A DNA stretch of 63,552 nt, filler included, from Aduncisulcus paluster (taxonomy: Eukaryota): assembly GCA_024181965.1 (NCBI GenBank). It is 3 parts of 3 records of this genome, joined end to end, with 100 filler letters (N's around TTAATTAATTAA, not from the genome) between each part and the next. Parts side by side here need not be neighbours in the genome. Positions count along the whole stretch, not along the records: positions 29,599 to 54,006 come from BQXS01012724.1; positions 54,107 to 63,552 come from BQXS01012728.1; 1 more part is not named here. One strand, written 5' to 3'. The stretch's first letter is position 1, and each line of letters begins with the position of its first letter. The notes below the pieces were generated by a model, which worked only from the letters and a program-made list of their open reading frames with translations, was not told the DNA's origin and did no database searches. The position numbers were made by a program, and so were the translations under genes. Below, piece by piece: positions 48,620 through 58,873 of this stretch.

Positions 48620-49166
48620 ATGAGTGTATGTCATATCATATTATATAAATTAAATATTATACAAGCATTAGTGAATATTGAAATATATTATTTACCAAAA
48701 TGAGGTTGGTTTTTTCTTTTTTCTTTTTTTTATGTTTATATAGCAAACTGCTAGATCTCTCCGCCAATTCACCTACAGAGGATACTTGTTGAAAGACCTC
48801 GTTGCTATGGACAAGGCTGAAATGCTCAAGCTTCTTCCTTGCCGTGCTCGCCGTAAGTTCAAGAAGAGGGGTCTCTCCAAGAAGGTCGTCCGTTTCATGG
48901 AGAAGTTGAAGGCTGCTAAGGCTGGTCTTAAGGTTGGTGAGAAGCCCAAGCTTATCAAGACTCACCTTCGTAACGTTGTTATCCTTCCCGAGATGGTTGG
49001 ATCCCTCATTGGTGTTTACAACGGTCAGACTTTTGTTACAATTGACATTAAAGATATGATGATTGGTACTTACCTTGCTGAGTATGCTCCTTCTTACAAG
49101 TCAGTTTATCACGGTCGTGCTGGTGTTGGTGCCACCAAGTCTTCTAAATTTGTTCCTCTCCGTTAA
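48620..49166 (+). CDS. RPS15: 40S ribosomal protein S15 (uS19); exons 48620-48625 and 48744-49166
   Basis: MS|QTARSLRQFTYRG..., IKTHLRNVVILPEMVGSLIGVYNG, MIGTYLAE, VYHGRAGVGATKSSKFVPLR. Confidence 0.95.
48626..48743 (+). other. Spliceosomal intron (118 nt) in RPS15
   Basis: GTATGT...TTTATATAG, phase 0. Confidence 0.88.
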
Positions 49167-49444
49167 GGAACTATTTTAATAAAAGTGGGTTGGTAGTTTA
49201 CCACAAAATACCAAATACATCTTTTTTATTACATTAATAATACCTTCTAGAATTATTTCTAGTTTGTCCTTCAAATCAGATCTATTAGGATCAGTATTTC
49301 ATGAACCGTTAATATATATTGTTTTAATGAATTGGAACAACCAATAAATCGATTTAATTAGCTAATTTATAATATTTTAAATCTTTAAAATCATCAATTT
49401 GTTTACTTATTTCTATAGGACAAAAGCATACTTCAAATACATGA

Positions 49445-52264
49445 TTAAGGTCTTGGGGTTTCAGAACCAGTCTTATCAACAGAAGGAGTCACATCTTTTT
49501 CTCCCTCTTCAGAAAATCCAAATGATTCTTCCGTTTTTGAAGCTTCATAATGTTGTTCTTTGTTAAGATTTGATGGACGATCATCAGCCACTGCATCTGT
49601 TTTGGTTTCCACGGGAATGGTACTTTCAGGCTTTGTCACTTCAACTTGTGGTTCAACGACTTCTTGTTCAGTTGTTATGGCCATTGCAGGGGTGGTTTCC
49701 TCTGCAGATATCTTCTCAACACCGTCCGCTGTTGCTGGGATCGACTGAGTGCCGGTCTTTGCAGTGGCATCAAATGAAGCACCTTCATCGAGAGAAACAA
49801 GAGGTACTCCACGCTCTTCTTCCATGGCCTTCCTCAAACGGGCCTTCCGTTTTTGGATAAACTCTTTCCTCTTTTGTTTCTCAACGGCAGCGACATGGTT
49901 TCTTCTGACGTTACGGACACAGGTGGCAGCAGCTTCCTGGATATCCCAATCATCATGCTTGATCAGCTCACAGAGAGGCTTCACAGATCCCTCCTCCCTG
50001 ATTTCCTTAGAGTTTGCTGGACTCACGGACATGGCGGACAAAGCCCGACAAGAAGCAAGATTGACTCGGTGGATCTTTTCTTTCACACTCAAGGCAATTC
50101 GCTTGAGCAGTTGAGGATCTTTGCCCATAGCTATTACAGTTTTCTCGTCACGGTTGTGCAACATCGAGGACCAAGGCACACGAGCCAATGAGTCGTCAGA
50201 TCCCTCTTCAGACGCATCATCACCCATTCCTTCTCCTTCCATTTCCTCGGTTTCTTCATCATACTCATCTTCAAAGGCACTATCAAGCTCCTCAGAGTCA
50301 CCCAGCTTCTTCCAAGGGGTGGCGATCCTCCTTTGGTCGACAGGGGCCAGTGATGTGGAGGTGATAAACGTTGAGGAACTTGAACCAATTGCTGGCAAGA
50401 CAGGGGCACCTGTTGTGGATGGTTTGGCCTGGCTCTTCTTGCCACGGGATGGTAATACGGCTCTCAACTCCTCTTCTAATCCGAATTTCTTGGCCCTTTT
50501 TCTACTCTTGATACAATGACGCAAGAGGACATTGGCAGCCATATCCTCGTCATCAACAACCCATTCACAAACACAAGGAACAACTCCAAGCTCACCAAGA
50601 AGACTGCAGTGATCAGAAACAGGGGCAACAGCAGCAACGGCGGCAGAGACGTGTTCACGAACAAGCAAGTTTGTAGTGGAGTGAGCAAGGGTGGATAACG
50701 TCGGAAGAACACCGTATTCTCCGAGAACTTTGACGTTACTCACAACCTTACCGAGCTCAGCAACCATTCCACAGACGTGGGCCTGGATATGAGCATTTCC
50801 ACACTTCAGCAACTGAGTGATGATTTCAAGACCACCGACAAGTTCTCTCGCACGGATAGACACCTCTTTGACACTCAGCAAGGGGCATAATGCACTGGCT
50901 GCAGAGGAGATAACTCGCTTATTGGGATGACGAAGTAATGACCAGAGCAGCAGGACAGGGTCGATCTTCTCGGCAAGAACTTGCTTCCGAACATCAGGAT
51001 TACGGGCTGTGTTGGCTAAGGCTGTACATGTCCAGGCGAGAACATCGATCTCTGTTCTCTGCAAGTGAGAGACAAGGATGCTGACACCTCCGCTCACCTT
51101 TCGAAGAGCTCCGCATGTCTCGGGAGGGGAGAGCAGAGAGGCAAGAGCACGTGTGGCAAGGGAAATGAGAGGCAGGGGTGAAGTTTTGAGGGAGATCAGA
51201 CGTACGAGTTCACTGACAGCACGGCAATCGACAAGCATCTGGGCTATAGATGGAGTGGGGTCAACGAGACGGTGAATAATGGAACATCCAGCGAGGCTAA
51301 GCTCTGTAATATCCTTGCTGAGGAGAGCAACAATGTGAACTCCTCCCTTGGATTCAGCAACCTTCTGAGCAACTCCTGAATCAACAGAGAGATAAGAGAG
51401 CAATAAAGAGGTCTGGGTCAGAAGAGTTACATCTGTTTTGGTTAATATTTTGATGATTTTGGGAATGATATCACATGAAAACATCTGATTCCTAGATACA
51501 ACATCTTTGCAAAAGGCTAAGAGGGATTTAGTGACATGCTTTAATATAACTATATCATCAACGTCACACAAACCACATAAACAACGAACTCCATCAGCAC
51601 GTTGAACGGATTCGCGGGCCTTTTGACCCTGAACGAGACTGGCGCACATTGCACAAGCACTTCTAACCACTTCAAGTCTTGGGGAAGGGATATTCTGCCT
51701 TCCGTAACCAATCTTAAGAAGTCTAATTAATACAGATATTCCAACTTGACGAGCCTGATGTCTGGCAGCTCCAACAGCTAAAACTTTTGAAATAAGCTCA
51801 GCGGCCTTTGCTTGAACATCGGGTTGTGAAGATAAAGGACCAATTCCTCTCGCTTTTCTGAGTTTTTCTGAGATAACTTCCCCAGGCCGAGGACCTTCAT
51901 TAAGAACATCAATACAAGACCTAATAACACCAATATGATACAATGCATGTTGAATTTCACTGTAATTTGCTAATGAACTTAAGATTGAAAGGGCTTCTTT
52001 TCTCACACGAGCATCTGTAGAGGATGACACAAGTCCCAGAAGGGCTTGAAGACCACCAGCATCATAAAACAATAAACGAGTCCTTTGAGTCGAAAAGTCT
52101 GAACTTTTTGCAGTCGATAACGCCAAAATAACTTGAGAAGGTGTGCTACTTGTAGTCATTATTGTGACCATTGTTGTAAAGGGGCTGGAATCATCTTGGA
52201 TCCTTCTTTCCCTTAATATTTCTGGCAATTCTTCTTCTTGTTCACTATCTTCCACTCCGCGCAT
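49445..52264 (-). CDS. ARMC4: Armadillo-repeat protein, ARMC4/ODAD2-like (outer dynein arm docking)
   Basis: LLWSLLRHPNKRVISSAASALCP, VGGLEIITQLLK, GVLPTLSTLA and DWDIQEAAATCVRNVRR resemble recalled ARMC4 motifs. Confidence 0.75.
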   Translation of the reverse strand: MRGVEDSEQEEELPEILRERRIQDDSSPFTTMVTIMTTSSTPSQVILALSTAKSSDFSTQRTRLLFYDAGGLQALLGLVSSSTDARVRKEALSILSSLANYSEIQHALYHIGVIRSCIDVLNEGPRPGEVISEKLRKARGIGPLSSQPDVQAKAAELISKVLAVGAARHQARQVGISVLIRLLKIGYGRQNIPSPRLEVVRSACAMCASLVQGQKARESVQRADGVRCLCGLCDVDDIVILKHVTKSLLAFCKDVVSRNQMFSCDIIPKIIKILTKTDVTLLTQTSLLLSYLSVDSGVAQKVAESKGGVHIVALLSKDITELSLAGCSIIHRLVDPTPSIAQMLVDCRAVSELVRLISLKTSPLPLISLATRALASLLSPPETCGALRKVSGGVSILVSHLQRTEIDVLAWTCTALANTARNPDVRKQVLAEKIDPVLLLWSLLRHPNKRVISSAASALCPLLSVKEVSIRARELVGGLEIITQLLKCGNAHIQAHVCGMVAELGKVVSNVKVLGEYGVLPTLSTLAHSTTNLLVREHVSAAVAAVAPVSDHCSLLGELGVVPCVCEWVVDDEDMAANVLLRHCIKSRKRAKKFGLEEELRAVLPSRGKKSQAKPSTTGAPVLPAIGSSSSTFITSTSLAPVDQRRIATPWKKLGDSEELDSAFEDEYDEETEEMEGEGMGDDASEEGSDDSLARVPWSSMLHNRDEKTVIAMGKDPQLLKRIALSVKEKIHRVNLASCRALSAMSVSPANSKEIREEGSVKPLCELIKHDDWDIQEAAATCVRNVRRNHVAAVEKQKRKEFIQKRKARLRKAMEEERGVPLVSLDEGASFDATAKTGTQSIPATADGVEKISAEETTPAMAITTEQEVVEPQVEVTKPESTIPVETKTDAVADDRPSNLNKEQHYEASKTEESFGFSEEGEKDVTPSVDKTGSETPRP

Positions 52265-52597
52265 ATTTTATAAAATAGTGTGGTACCAGAAGCTGGGTGC
52301 CAATTGTTATTCTGTCAGTGATTGAAGTTATGCATATCTCGTGGCAGATAATCAATGCCATTGGTATATGCAATTATTATTGATTATATAAAGTTGTGAA
52401 ATTAGATGATATTTCGCTGTTTTTGCTATCTGGGTAATTTCAGAATCCACCTTGATATATTTTGCGTGGAAATTATTAATTCAACTGGTATTAATAATTT
52501 ATGATTGACAATAGTTCTTCATGTATTATTTGCCACATTTTGAAAAGTTGAGTCGTTTTGGCTATATTAGAAAACTAAATATCATTATTTGTCAGCA

Positions 52598-54006
52598 ATG
52601 AGTGATGGTATGTTAATGATGTTATTTATTTCGTGAAATTGAGCTCAATATTTCTTTATTTACATCTTCTTTCTGTGTACTCTGTATTTTATGGTAAATC
52701 TTTGTAATAGGTCAAAAATCTTCAGTAAGAGATTTTGACATCGATACTTTTAATCAAGATCTTGAATCTTTTACCAAATTAGTCCAGGACCAACTTCCCA
52801 AAGCTGAAACTAGAGCTGATGTTCATTTGGATCTTGGAGAAGGTAAACAAACAATTGTGTCAAGCTATAGGTATTCAAAGAGTGATAAAAATCCCCCATT
52901 AGATACATCTTCCTCGGACAAATTTCCTTCTACTTCAAAATTTGATCTTCTAGAAATAGCTTCTGGGAAAACAGAAATATATCAAGGTACTAAAGATTCT
53001 CCGCCTGTGGATAAATCCAGTGAGCCCGTTTCAACCGATAAAAAACCTTCATATCTAGATACACTCTCTCTTCACACAGATTCTTCCAAAGATCCAGCAC
53101 ATCCACCTCGAATTAAGCATATTTCATCAACTTCTTCAATTTCCTCGATGTCTGATGATAGTGAGGGGATGTATACTATTCCTGAGGATAGAACATACCA
53201 CAGCACTGCTTTTCAACAATTCTCTTCGATTCCAAAGGAAAATTCATTCGAAACGACACAAAAACAACATGATTCGTCTCAATCTCTCTTGAAATGTTCT
53301 GTTTCTAATGCTCAGCCAAATCTTATCTCCATTACTCCACAAGTACCCTTTCATCCAACAAGTCCTGGTGGCTATACAACTCATATATCTCACATATCTG
53401 AACCTAATGCAACTTCCCCCGAGGAACCATGTCGTAAGAAGCCTGATGATGATTCTTATGCTACAAATCCATCAGAGAATCCTTCATTTCTATCCGAACA
53501 GAAAGTGGAAACAGATCAACAAGTGACGGTTCAACCGCAACGCCCATCTACTGATTTTTCTTCTGTTAAGATACCCCCAGTGCAATCATTCGAACAACAA
53601 ACCTCTCAACAACATCCTTCATATCCGCCAACTACGAATCCCCCTGTTGTCACACAGCCCTCATCGTTCTCTCAGCATCCTGACCGAGTTGATTCTGATT
53701 TTCTTACGTCTGTCTTCATGTCGCATCCATATCTCATTCCTATTCCCCCACCCCCTCAATGCGAATCCTCCCTATATCCTCTCTTGCTCAGAGCTGTCAT
53801 TTGTATGGGCATTGGGAAACGTGTGGAACCTAGCAGGGACTCGAAAGATGGAGTATCAATAAGTTCGGTTATTCCACCAAACTTGTCCAAACCGGCAAGC
53901 TCAGGTAGTTCCATTGCTTTCTCGCTATCTTCTGTGAAGCCTCCAACACATCTTTCATTGGCCACCTCTCCTCTTCCTTCCCCGCTTGTGGGGGGTCTTT
54001 TGTCGT
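52598..54006 (+). CDS. Low-complexity Ser/Pro-rich hypothetical protein; exon 1 52598-52607, intron 52608-52710; runs into contig join
   Basis: ATGAGTGATG|GTATGT...TAATAG|GTCAA joins in frame to the 52827 ORF. Confidence 0.7.
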
Positions 54007-54106
54007 NNNNNNNNNNNNNNNNNNNNNNNNNNNNNNNNNNNNNNNNNNNNTTAATTAATTAANNNNNNNNNNNNNNNNNNNNNNNNNNNNNNNNNNNNNN
54101 NNNNNN
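54007..54106. other. Artificial contig linker N44-TTAATTAATTAA-N44
   Basis: Same linker as at 29499-29598. Confidence 0.95.
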
Positions 54107-54107
54107 A

Positions 54108-54683
54108 GACAAGTTAGCTGGGAAATCCAAGTCCAAGAAGCCCTCGACCCCAAAGACGCCCCGTTCACGTCGGAGCAGTGCTGGTGCTAGTTCTGAGAGC
54201 AGTACCGGCAAACGTCGTTCCTCGAGTCGTCTGAAGGAACTGTCCCAGAAACAGGCCGAGGAGGACGAGGAATCAAGCAAATCCGAGGAAGAACAGTCTG
54301 CTTCAGAAGAAAAAATACTCTCTACGTCTGATGATTTGAGCTCAGGAGTTTTCTCCCCTCCTCCTACAAAGTCACCCAAAAAAAAGAGAAGATCTCAGAG
54401 GTTAAAGATGCATAAACATGAAACAGAAGATCACATTTCTGAAGATTCTGTTATTTTAGTTCGTCTTATTAATTCAGCCAAGGAAGAAGTTCGTCAGATG
54501 ATTGCTGAGGATCTTCTTAGGAAGATGGAAGTAGATCGCCATAAATTTATCAAGGGTTGTTTGTTTATTGTCCTAAAATATCGCAAGAACTCATTTACTA
54601 TTCGCGAATTAGATATTAGACATGTCTTGAAAGAGCAACTTTATGAATATTTTATGCATGAAATTGTTGAAATGTCTCAGTAG
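54108..54683 (+). CDS. 3' part of a hypothetical protein (possibly continuing the 52598 gene)
   Basis: Frame is open from the contig edge to TAG at 54683; basic/Ser-rich, then a helical C-terminus. Confidence 0.6.
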   Translation, partial: DKLAGKSKSKKPSTPKTPRSRRSSAGASSESSTGKRRSSSRLKELSQKQAEEDEESSKSEEEQSASEEKILSTSDDLSSGVFSPPPTKSPKKKRRSQRLKMHKHETEDHISEDSVILVRLINSAKEEVRQMIAEDLLRKMEVDRHKFIKGCLFIVLKYRKNSFTIRELDIRHVLKEQLYEYFMHEIVEMSQ

Positions 54684-55660
54684 ATCTAAATATAAATAGA
54701 TCTATAAATAGCACATTTCACTTCAAGGAGTAGCGATGATCAAGTCATTGACAAAAGTGAAACTTTAATATCTCTCTCGAGTCGAGAAGATAAATAATAA
54801 CAAATCCCTTGGCAACAGATTTGTTTTTTTTTTCATAGTAAACGAATTATTATCCAAATGTGACATTTGAAATGTCATTGTCAATTGTGATATAGCAATA
54901 GAAATGTTGCTGTATACCCCTGTACAGTACCTATTCATCGTATAGACATCTCGATTCACACATTGACTTGCATTGCAAGTTGCAATCTGATTGGTTTAGC
55001 CAGGCTAACACTTGTATGACTCATAACCAGGTCCATGGATCCATGGACCTGACCACGAAGATGATGTATTTATTGAATTGACTGGAAAGTGTCAGAAAGC
55101 AGAGGAACCCTATATATAGGCAAATTGCCTAAGGCAATATATTACCTTCATCGGGGTTCAACCTAACCAATGGTTATAACCATGGGTGATGATCAGTGAT
55201 CACAAAAATTAATGTAAATAATGAATAGCAAAGAGAAGTCAAATTTATGGTTTCAAGGAGGGAAAATCACTGTAAAACAGTTGAATAATAACTTGATTAC
55301 ATGGATTAATTGGTAAGTTTGAAAATTTTTTTTGAGACTTCATCACCTTACGATCACATAAAAATATCAGTAACAAAATAATAATAATAATAATTACAAA
55401 AATAAAGGAAGTAGGGTATTATTTGGGTTTCCAATCAGTTTTTCTTCCCTTCACAGGAAGCTAATCTAGTAATCTAATTTGAAAGAATAAATCATAATAA
55501 TCATGATTAATCAAAGAGAAATAAAGGAATGAGATAGTAAAAATATAAATGTAAACGGCACGCAAAAGAAAATAAAATTAAAAAATTAATCTATTAAGTT
55601 AATAGTATTAACCAATCATCAAACAACATTTGTCGGTCGATCAAAATCCCTCCCTCATAT

Positions 55661-57382
55661 TTAGAACGCTTCCTCAGTGTTATCTGTTCCTGTTGTCAGA
55701 GAAGCATCAGAAGAAGTGCCAGTTGTCCCAGTGGAAGATCCGACCTGCCCAAGCTTTATCTTTCTGGGACTCGTTGCTCTCTTCTTGACAAGCACACTCA
55801 GACTCTTCTCCTCACACACTCGCTTGGGAGAAGTGCTGCGGCTCCTTTTAGTCTTCTTCAAACCTCGAAGGTTGTCAACTTTCCCAAGAGGTCCCCCGGT
55901 CATCTCGGCCAAGAAGGCAGAGTTGTCGCTCTTCCGTCTGGGTGAGGTTGAACGTCTTGTGGATGAGTGGAAATACTTCCTGACGACAGCAGCTTGTTTG
56001 GCAGCTGCCCAAGGAAACAAGAGCCCATAGAGAACAACCCCACCACTAATGAAGGAGTCTGACTGGCTTGAGGAAGAAGAGTCTTCATCACTCGAGGAAT
56101 CAGATCTCTTGGGCACTTTACCTTCACCGGGAAGGTTGGCATAGGGACACACACGAGTCGGGACGTATGTGAGTGGCTTGGATAGCTTGGCAGCCTTCTG
56201 GATGGCTTTCTTCTTCCTGGCCATGCTATTCTTGAAGGCAGAGAGAATGGGCTTTAAGGTAGTCTCTTCCACCGTTTCTGTGAGAGGGGGTGTAAGCTTC
56301 AAGGCGACTCGAGTCTGATCAATACGGATGTTATAGTTAGAGGCAATAATATCATACTTTATCATATCACGAAGGAATAAAAGGGGGTAATCAGCCTCTT
56401 CTTTCTCAATTTGAATGGTACTCTCCACCTTAACATGCCTCACAGTTGGCTTGGGGGATTCTTGAGCATCAAGAGCCTTCTCAGCATCCTTAGCAGCTTT
56501 TTCTGGACTGAGAGGAGCACTACCAGCATCATATTCAACACTAACACCTTCGGTGGCGAGGTGAGACTTGGTTTCGGCGGTGTTCTCAATGGTTTCTGCT
56601 TGATCGTCACTTGAGCTTGAAGAACTCTTTGATACCGGGTTAAATAAGAGTGTGACGGCCGTTATTTTCCTAAATTTGTTGGCGTTTCCATTATAAGGAA
56701 CTAATTTATCGCCATTTTGAATAACTAATCCACAATAGCGACTTGGGAATTTGTGGTGAAGAACCAAATCCAAATGGTCAACAAATTCCCCAGCACGAGG
56801 AAGAAGAGACCGCATTGAGGCAGATAAACTTGTGTTATTGAGAGAGAAGTTCTCGAGAGAGGCCATATCTTTTGCCCTATCGGATTCTCTTTTTTCGGCG
56901 GCTTCTTGCCTTATGGCATCTTTAACATAAGGTTCAGGCATCCATTTGGGTAAGGAAGTATCAGATACATGATGAGTATCTTTCCTCACAGAGGACCAGT
57001 ATAAATCACTGATTTTGCTCTGAAGCTCTTTGCTCCTTTGTTTATGGGCCATCTCTCTTCTTCTAGCCTCATCATAAGGATCAGCAATAATTTTATCCTC
57101 TTTCAAAGTGCGCATAAGATTTTTCTTGCGAGTGTGATCAGCAGCTGTACCACAGGCGGTAAAGTGATGAGTTTCTTGGCGAGCATGATGTAAATTATTA
57201 GCTACTCCCTTTGGAACACCAGTAATGGTTGACGGGAGCTCCCTAATGCTTTTCCCAGAGCCGCCCTTTGAAAAAGAAGCTCGAATTAACTGTTCATCGG
57301 TAATCGAGGAATCGACACGAAAAGCAGAGGATTTTGTGTCTAACAAATAATGAGGTGTTGATTTTGACTTTTTTCCAGACAT
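55661..57382 (-). CDS. Hypothetical basic, Ser-rich protein
   Basis: Long ORF with first ATG at 57382 (MSGKKSKS); no recognised domain. Confidence 0.7.
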   Translation of the reverse strand: MSGKKSKSTPHYLLDTKSSAFRVDSSITDEQLIRASFSKGGSGKSIRELPSTITGVPKGVANNLHHARQETHHFTACGTAADHTRKKNLMRTLKEDKIIADPYDEARRREMAHKQRSKELQSKISDLYWSSVRKDTHHVSDTSLPKWMPEPYVKDAIRQEAAEKRESDRAKDMASLENFSLNNTSLSASMRSLLPRAGEFVDHLDLVLHHKFPSRYCGLVIQNGDKLVPYNGNANKFRKITAVTLLFNPVSKSSSSSSDDQAETIENTAETKSHLATEGVSVEYDAGSAPLSPEKAAKDAEKALDAQESPKPTVRHVKVESTIQIEKEEADYPLLFLRDMIKYDIIASNYNIRIDQTRVALKLTPPLTETVEETTLKPILSAFKNSMARKKKAIQKAAKLSKPLTYVPTRVCPYANLPGEGKVPKRSDSSSDEDSSSSSQSDSFISGGVVLYGLLFPWAAAKQAAVVRKYFHSSTRRSTSPRRKSDNSAFLAEMTGGPLGKVDNLRGLKKTKRSRSTSPKRVCEEKSLSVLVKKRATSPRKIKLGQVGSSTGTTGTSSDASLTTGTDNTEEAF

Positions 57383-57569
57383 GCTGTGTGTCAAAAGCCG
57401 ATGAACATTGCAATGGCAATCCAAAAGAAGAATAAAAAACAATCGGCATAAATAATCTAGATTAATGAAGGAACACTCTGAAAACTTTATTATTTTTCGG
57501 GATCATGCTTAGAACACCAAGAACGAACATGAAGTGCAGTACAGCGACTAATTTTATTTTCAAGATCAA

Positions 57570-58700
57570 CTAAAGGTCCCAAATAGCTTTATATTGCGTT
57601 TCCAATTTTGATAAAACTTGTTTTCTTCTGTCCAAAACTTTTTGCCGAAGTTCATTCACTACAAAGCGAACATGTTGAACTGAGCACCATTCTGTACCAA
57701 TTTTTGATATATTACAGATTAACTTGCATTTCATCACATTATTAATAGATGCAGGAAGAGGAATGTATTTCTGATGCACATATATACTCTGATAGGTATC
57801 GTTTTCGAAAATGCGGTATGATTTTCGAATAATTCCCAAATCTTCAGTAAAATATAATACATCTAACGAAGAAACCGAGTATGGAAGATAATTAACAATG
57901 TCAACGGTCTCCAGACACACAGGCTCAATGAAATGATACTCAACAGAATGAAACTCTATGAAATTGTGGTATTTTTTCTCGGTAAGAAACGAAACCAATT
58001 GTGTTTCAGTAAAATAAGGTTGAACAGCACTCACTTTATCAAAATCAATCCGAGCAATCGTAACATCAGGACTTGAAACTCCTCGCATATATTCCCATTG
58101 AATTCTTATGGGATATTCTTCCATTCTTAATCTAGTTTGAACGATTATTTCTCTGCTTTCCCGTTCCTTTTGTTCTTTCTCCCGAGATATAACCAATGGA
58201 TCATCTTTACGACACCGGAATAACAAGGAATAAAAAGTACAAGCCTTTGAAAATGTTCTAGATTGGGAATCTTCACAAGATATATCACATTTAACAACAT
58301 TTTCCAATTGAGGTCGAAAAGAAAACCAAAATTTCCCACGTTTCCGCCGAATAATAGAACATCGAAACGCCTTACTCGATCCATCAGCAAGACAAAAGGT
58401 GAATAAAAGTGATTTTGGTTGAGTTCTATGTTTTGTTTTAATAGAAAAATAAACAAAATCCACAGAGCAGGAGGTTTTAAACGGTAAAGATAAGTTCTGA
58501 AATGTAAGCTTTCCATCTTTCTCGAAAGCACGAAGGAGGGTCCTATCTCGTTGAATAGAAGTACAATCTGTAGTACGTTTGGTGTATGTAATACGATCAA
58601 TATCAATAGGAACCCGATAGTTCCTTTGATAAGACGGAGGCAATTCACCAGAAGAAGAATCCATCAGAGGGTGACATTCAACTAAATATGGTTTTTCCAT
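57570..58700 (-). CDS. Protein with two diverged copies of the beta-rich domain found in the 9804 kinase
   Basis: LSLPF....V..VY......P..LLFTF...G.........WF......NVVKCDI aligns by eye to LSIPF...LKGVY.....PSLLFTFTHSNG.......WFFL..L.DVVLCEI. Confidence 0.7.
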   Translation of the reverse strand: MEKPYLVECHPLMDSSSGELPPSYQRNYRVPIDIDRITYTKRTTDCTSIQRDRTLLRAFEKDGKLTFQNLSLPFKTSCSVDFVYFSIKTKHRTQPKSLLFTFCLADGSSKAFRCSIIRRKRGKFWFSFRPQLENVVKCDISCEDSQSRTFSKACTFYSLLFRCRKDDPLVISREKEQKERESREIIVQTRLRMEEYPIRIQWEYMRGVSSPDVTIARIDFDKVSAVQPYFTETQLVSFLTEKKYHNFIEFHSVEYHFIEPVCLETVDIVNYLPYSVSSLDVLYFTEDLGIIRKSYRIFENDTYQSIYVHQKYIPLPASINNVMKCKLICNISKIGTEWCSVQHVRFVVNELRQKVLDRRKQVLSKLETQYKAIWDL

Positions 58701-58873
58701 ATTTTATATTACAAACATCAAAGAAAACTAAGAATAAAAATTAAAAATGATTGAATAATATCTTGAATAGCCAGAGAAAGATGATCCCGATCTCGGAGAT
58801 CGAAAATAGTTTCTTGCCAAAGGAACGACATGCTTTCCAAAAAGATATCATCAATCAACCTCAAAAACATATA

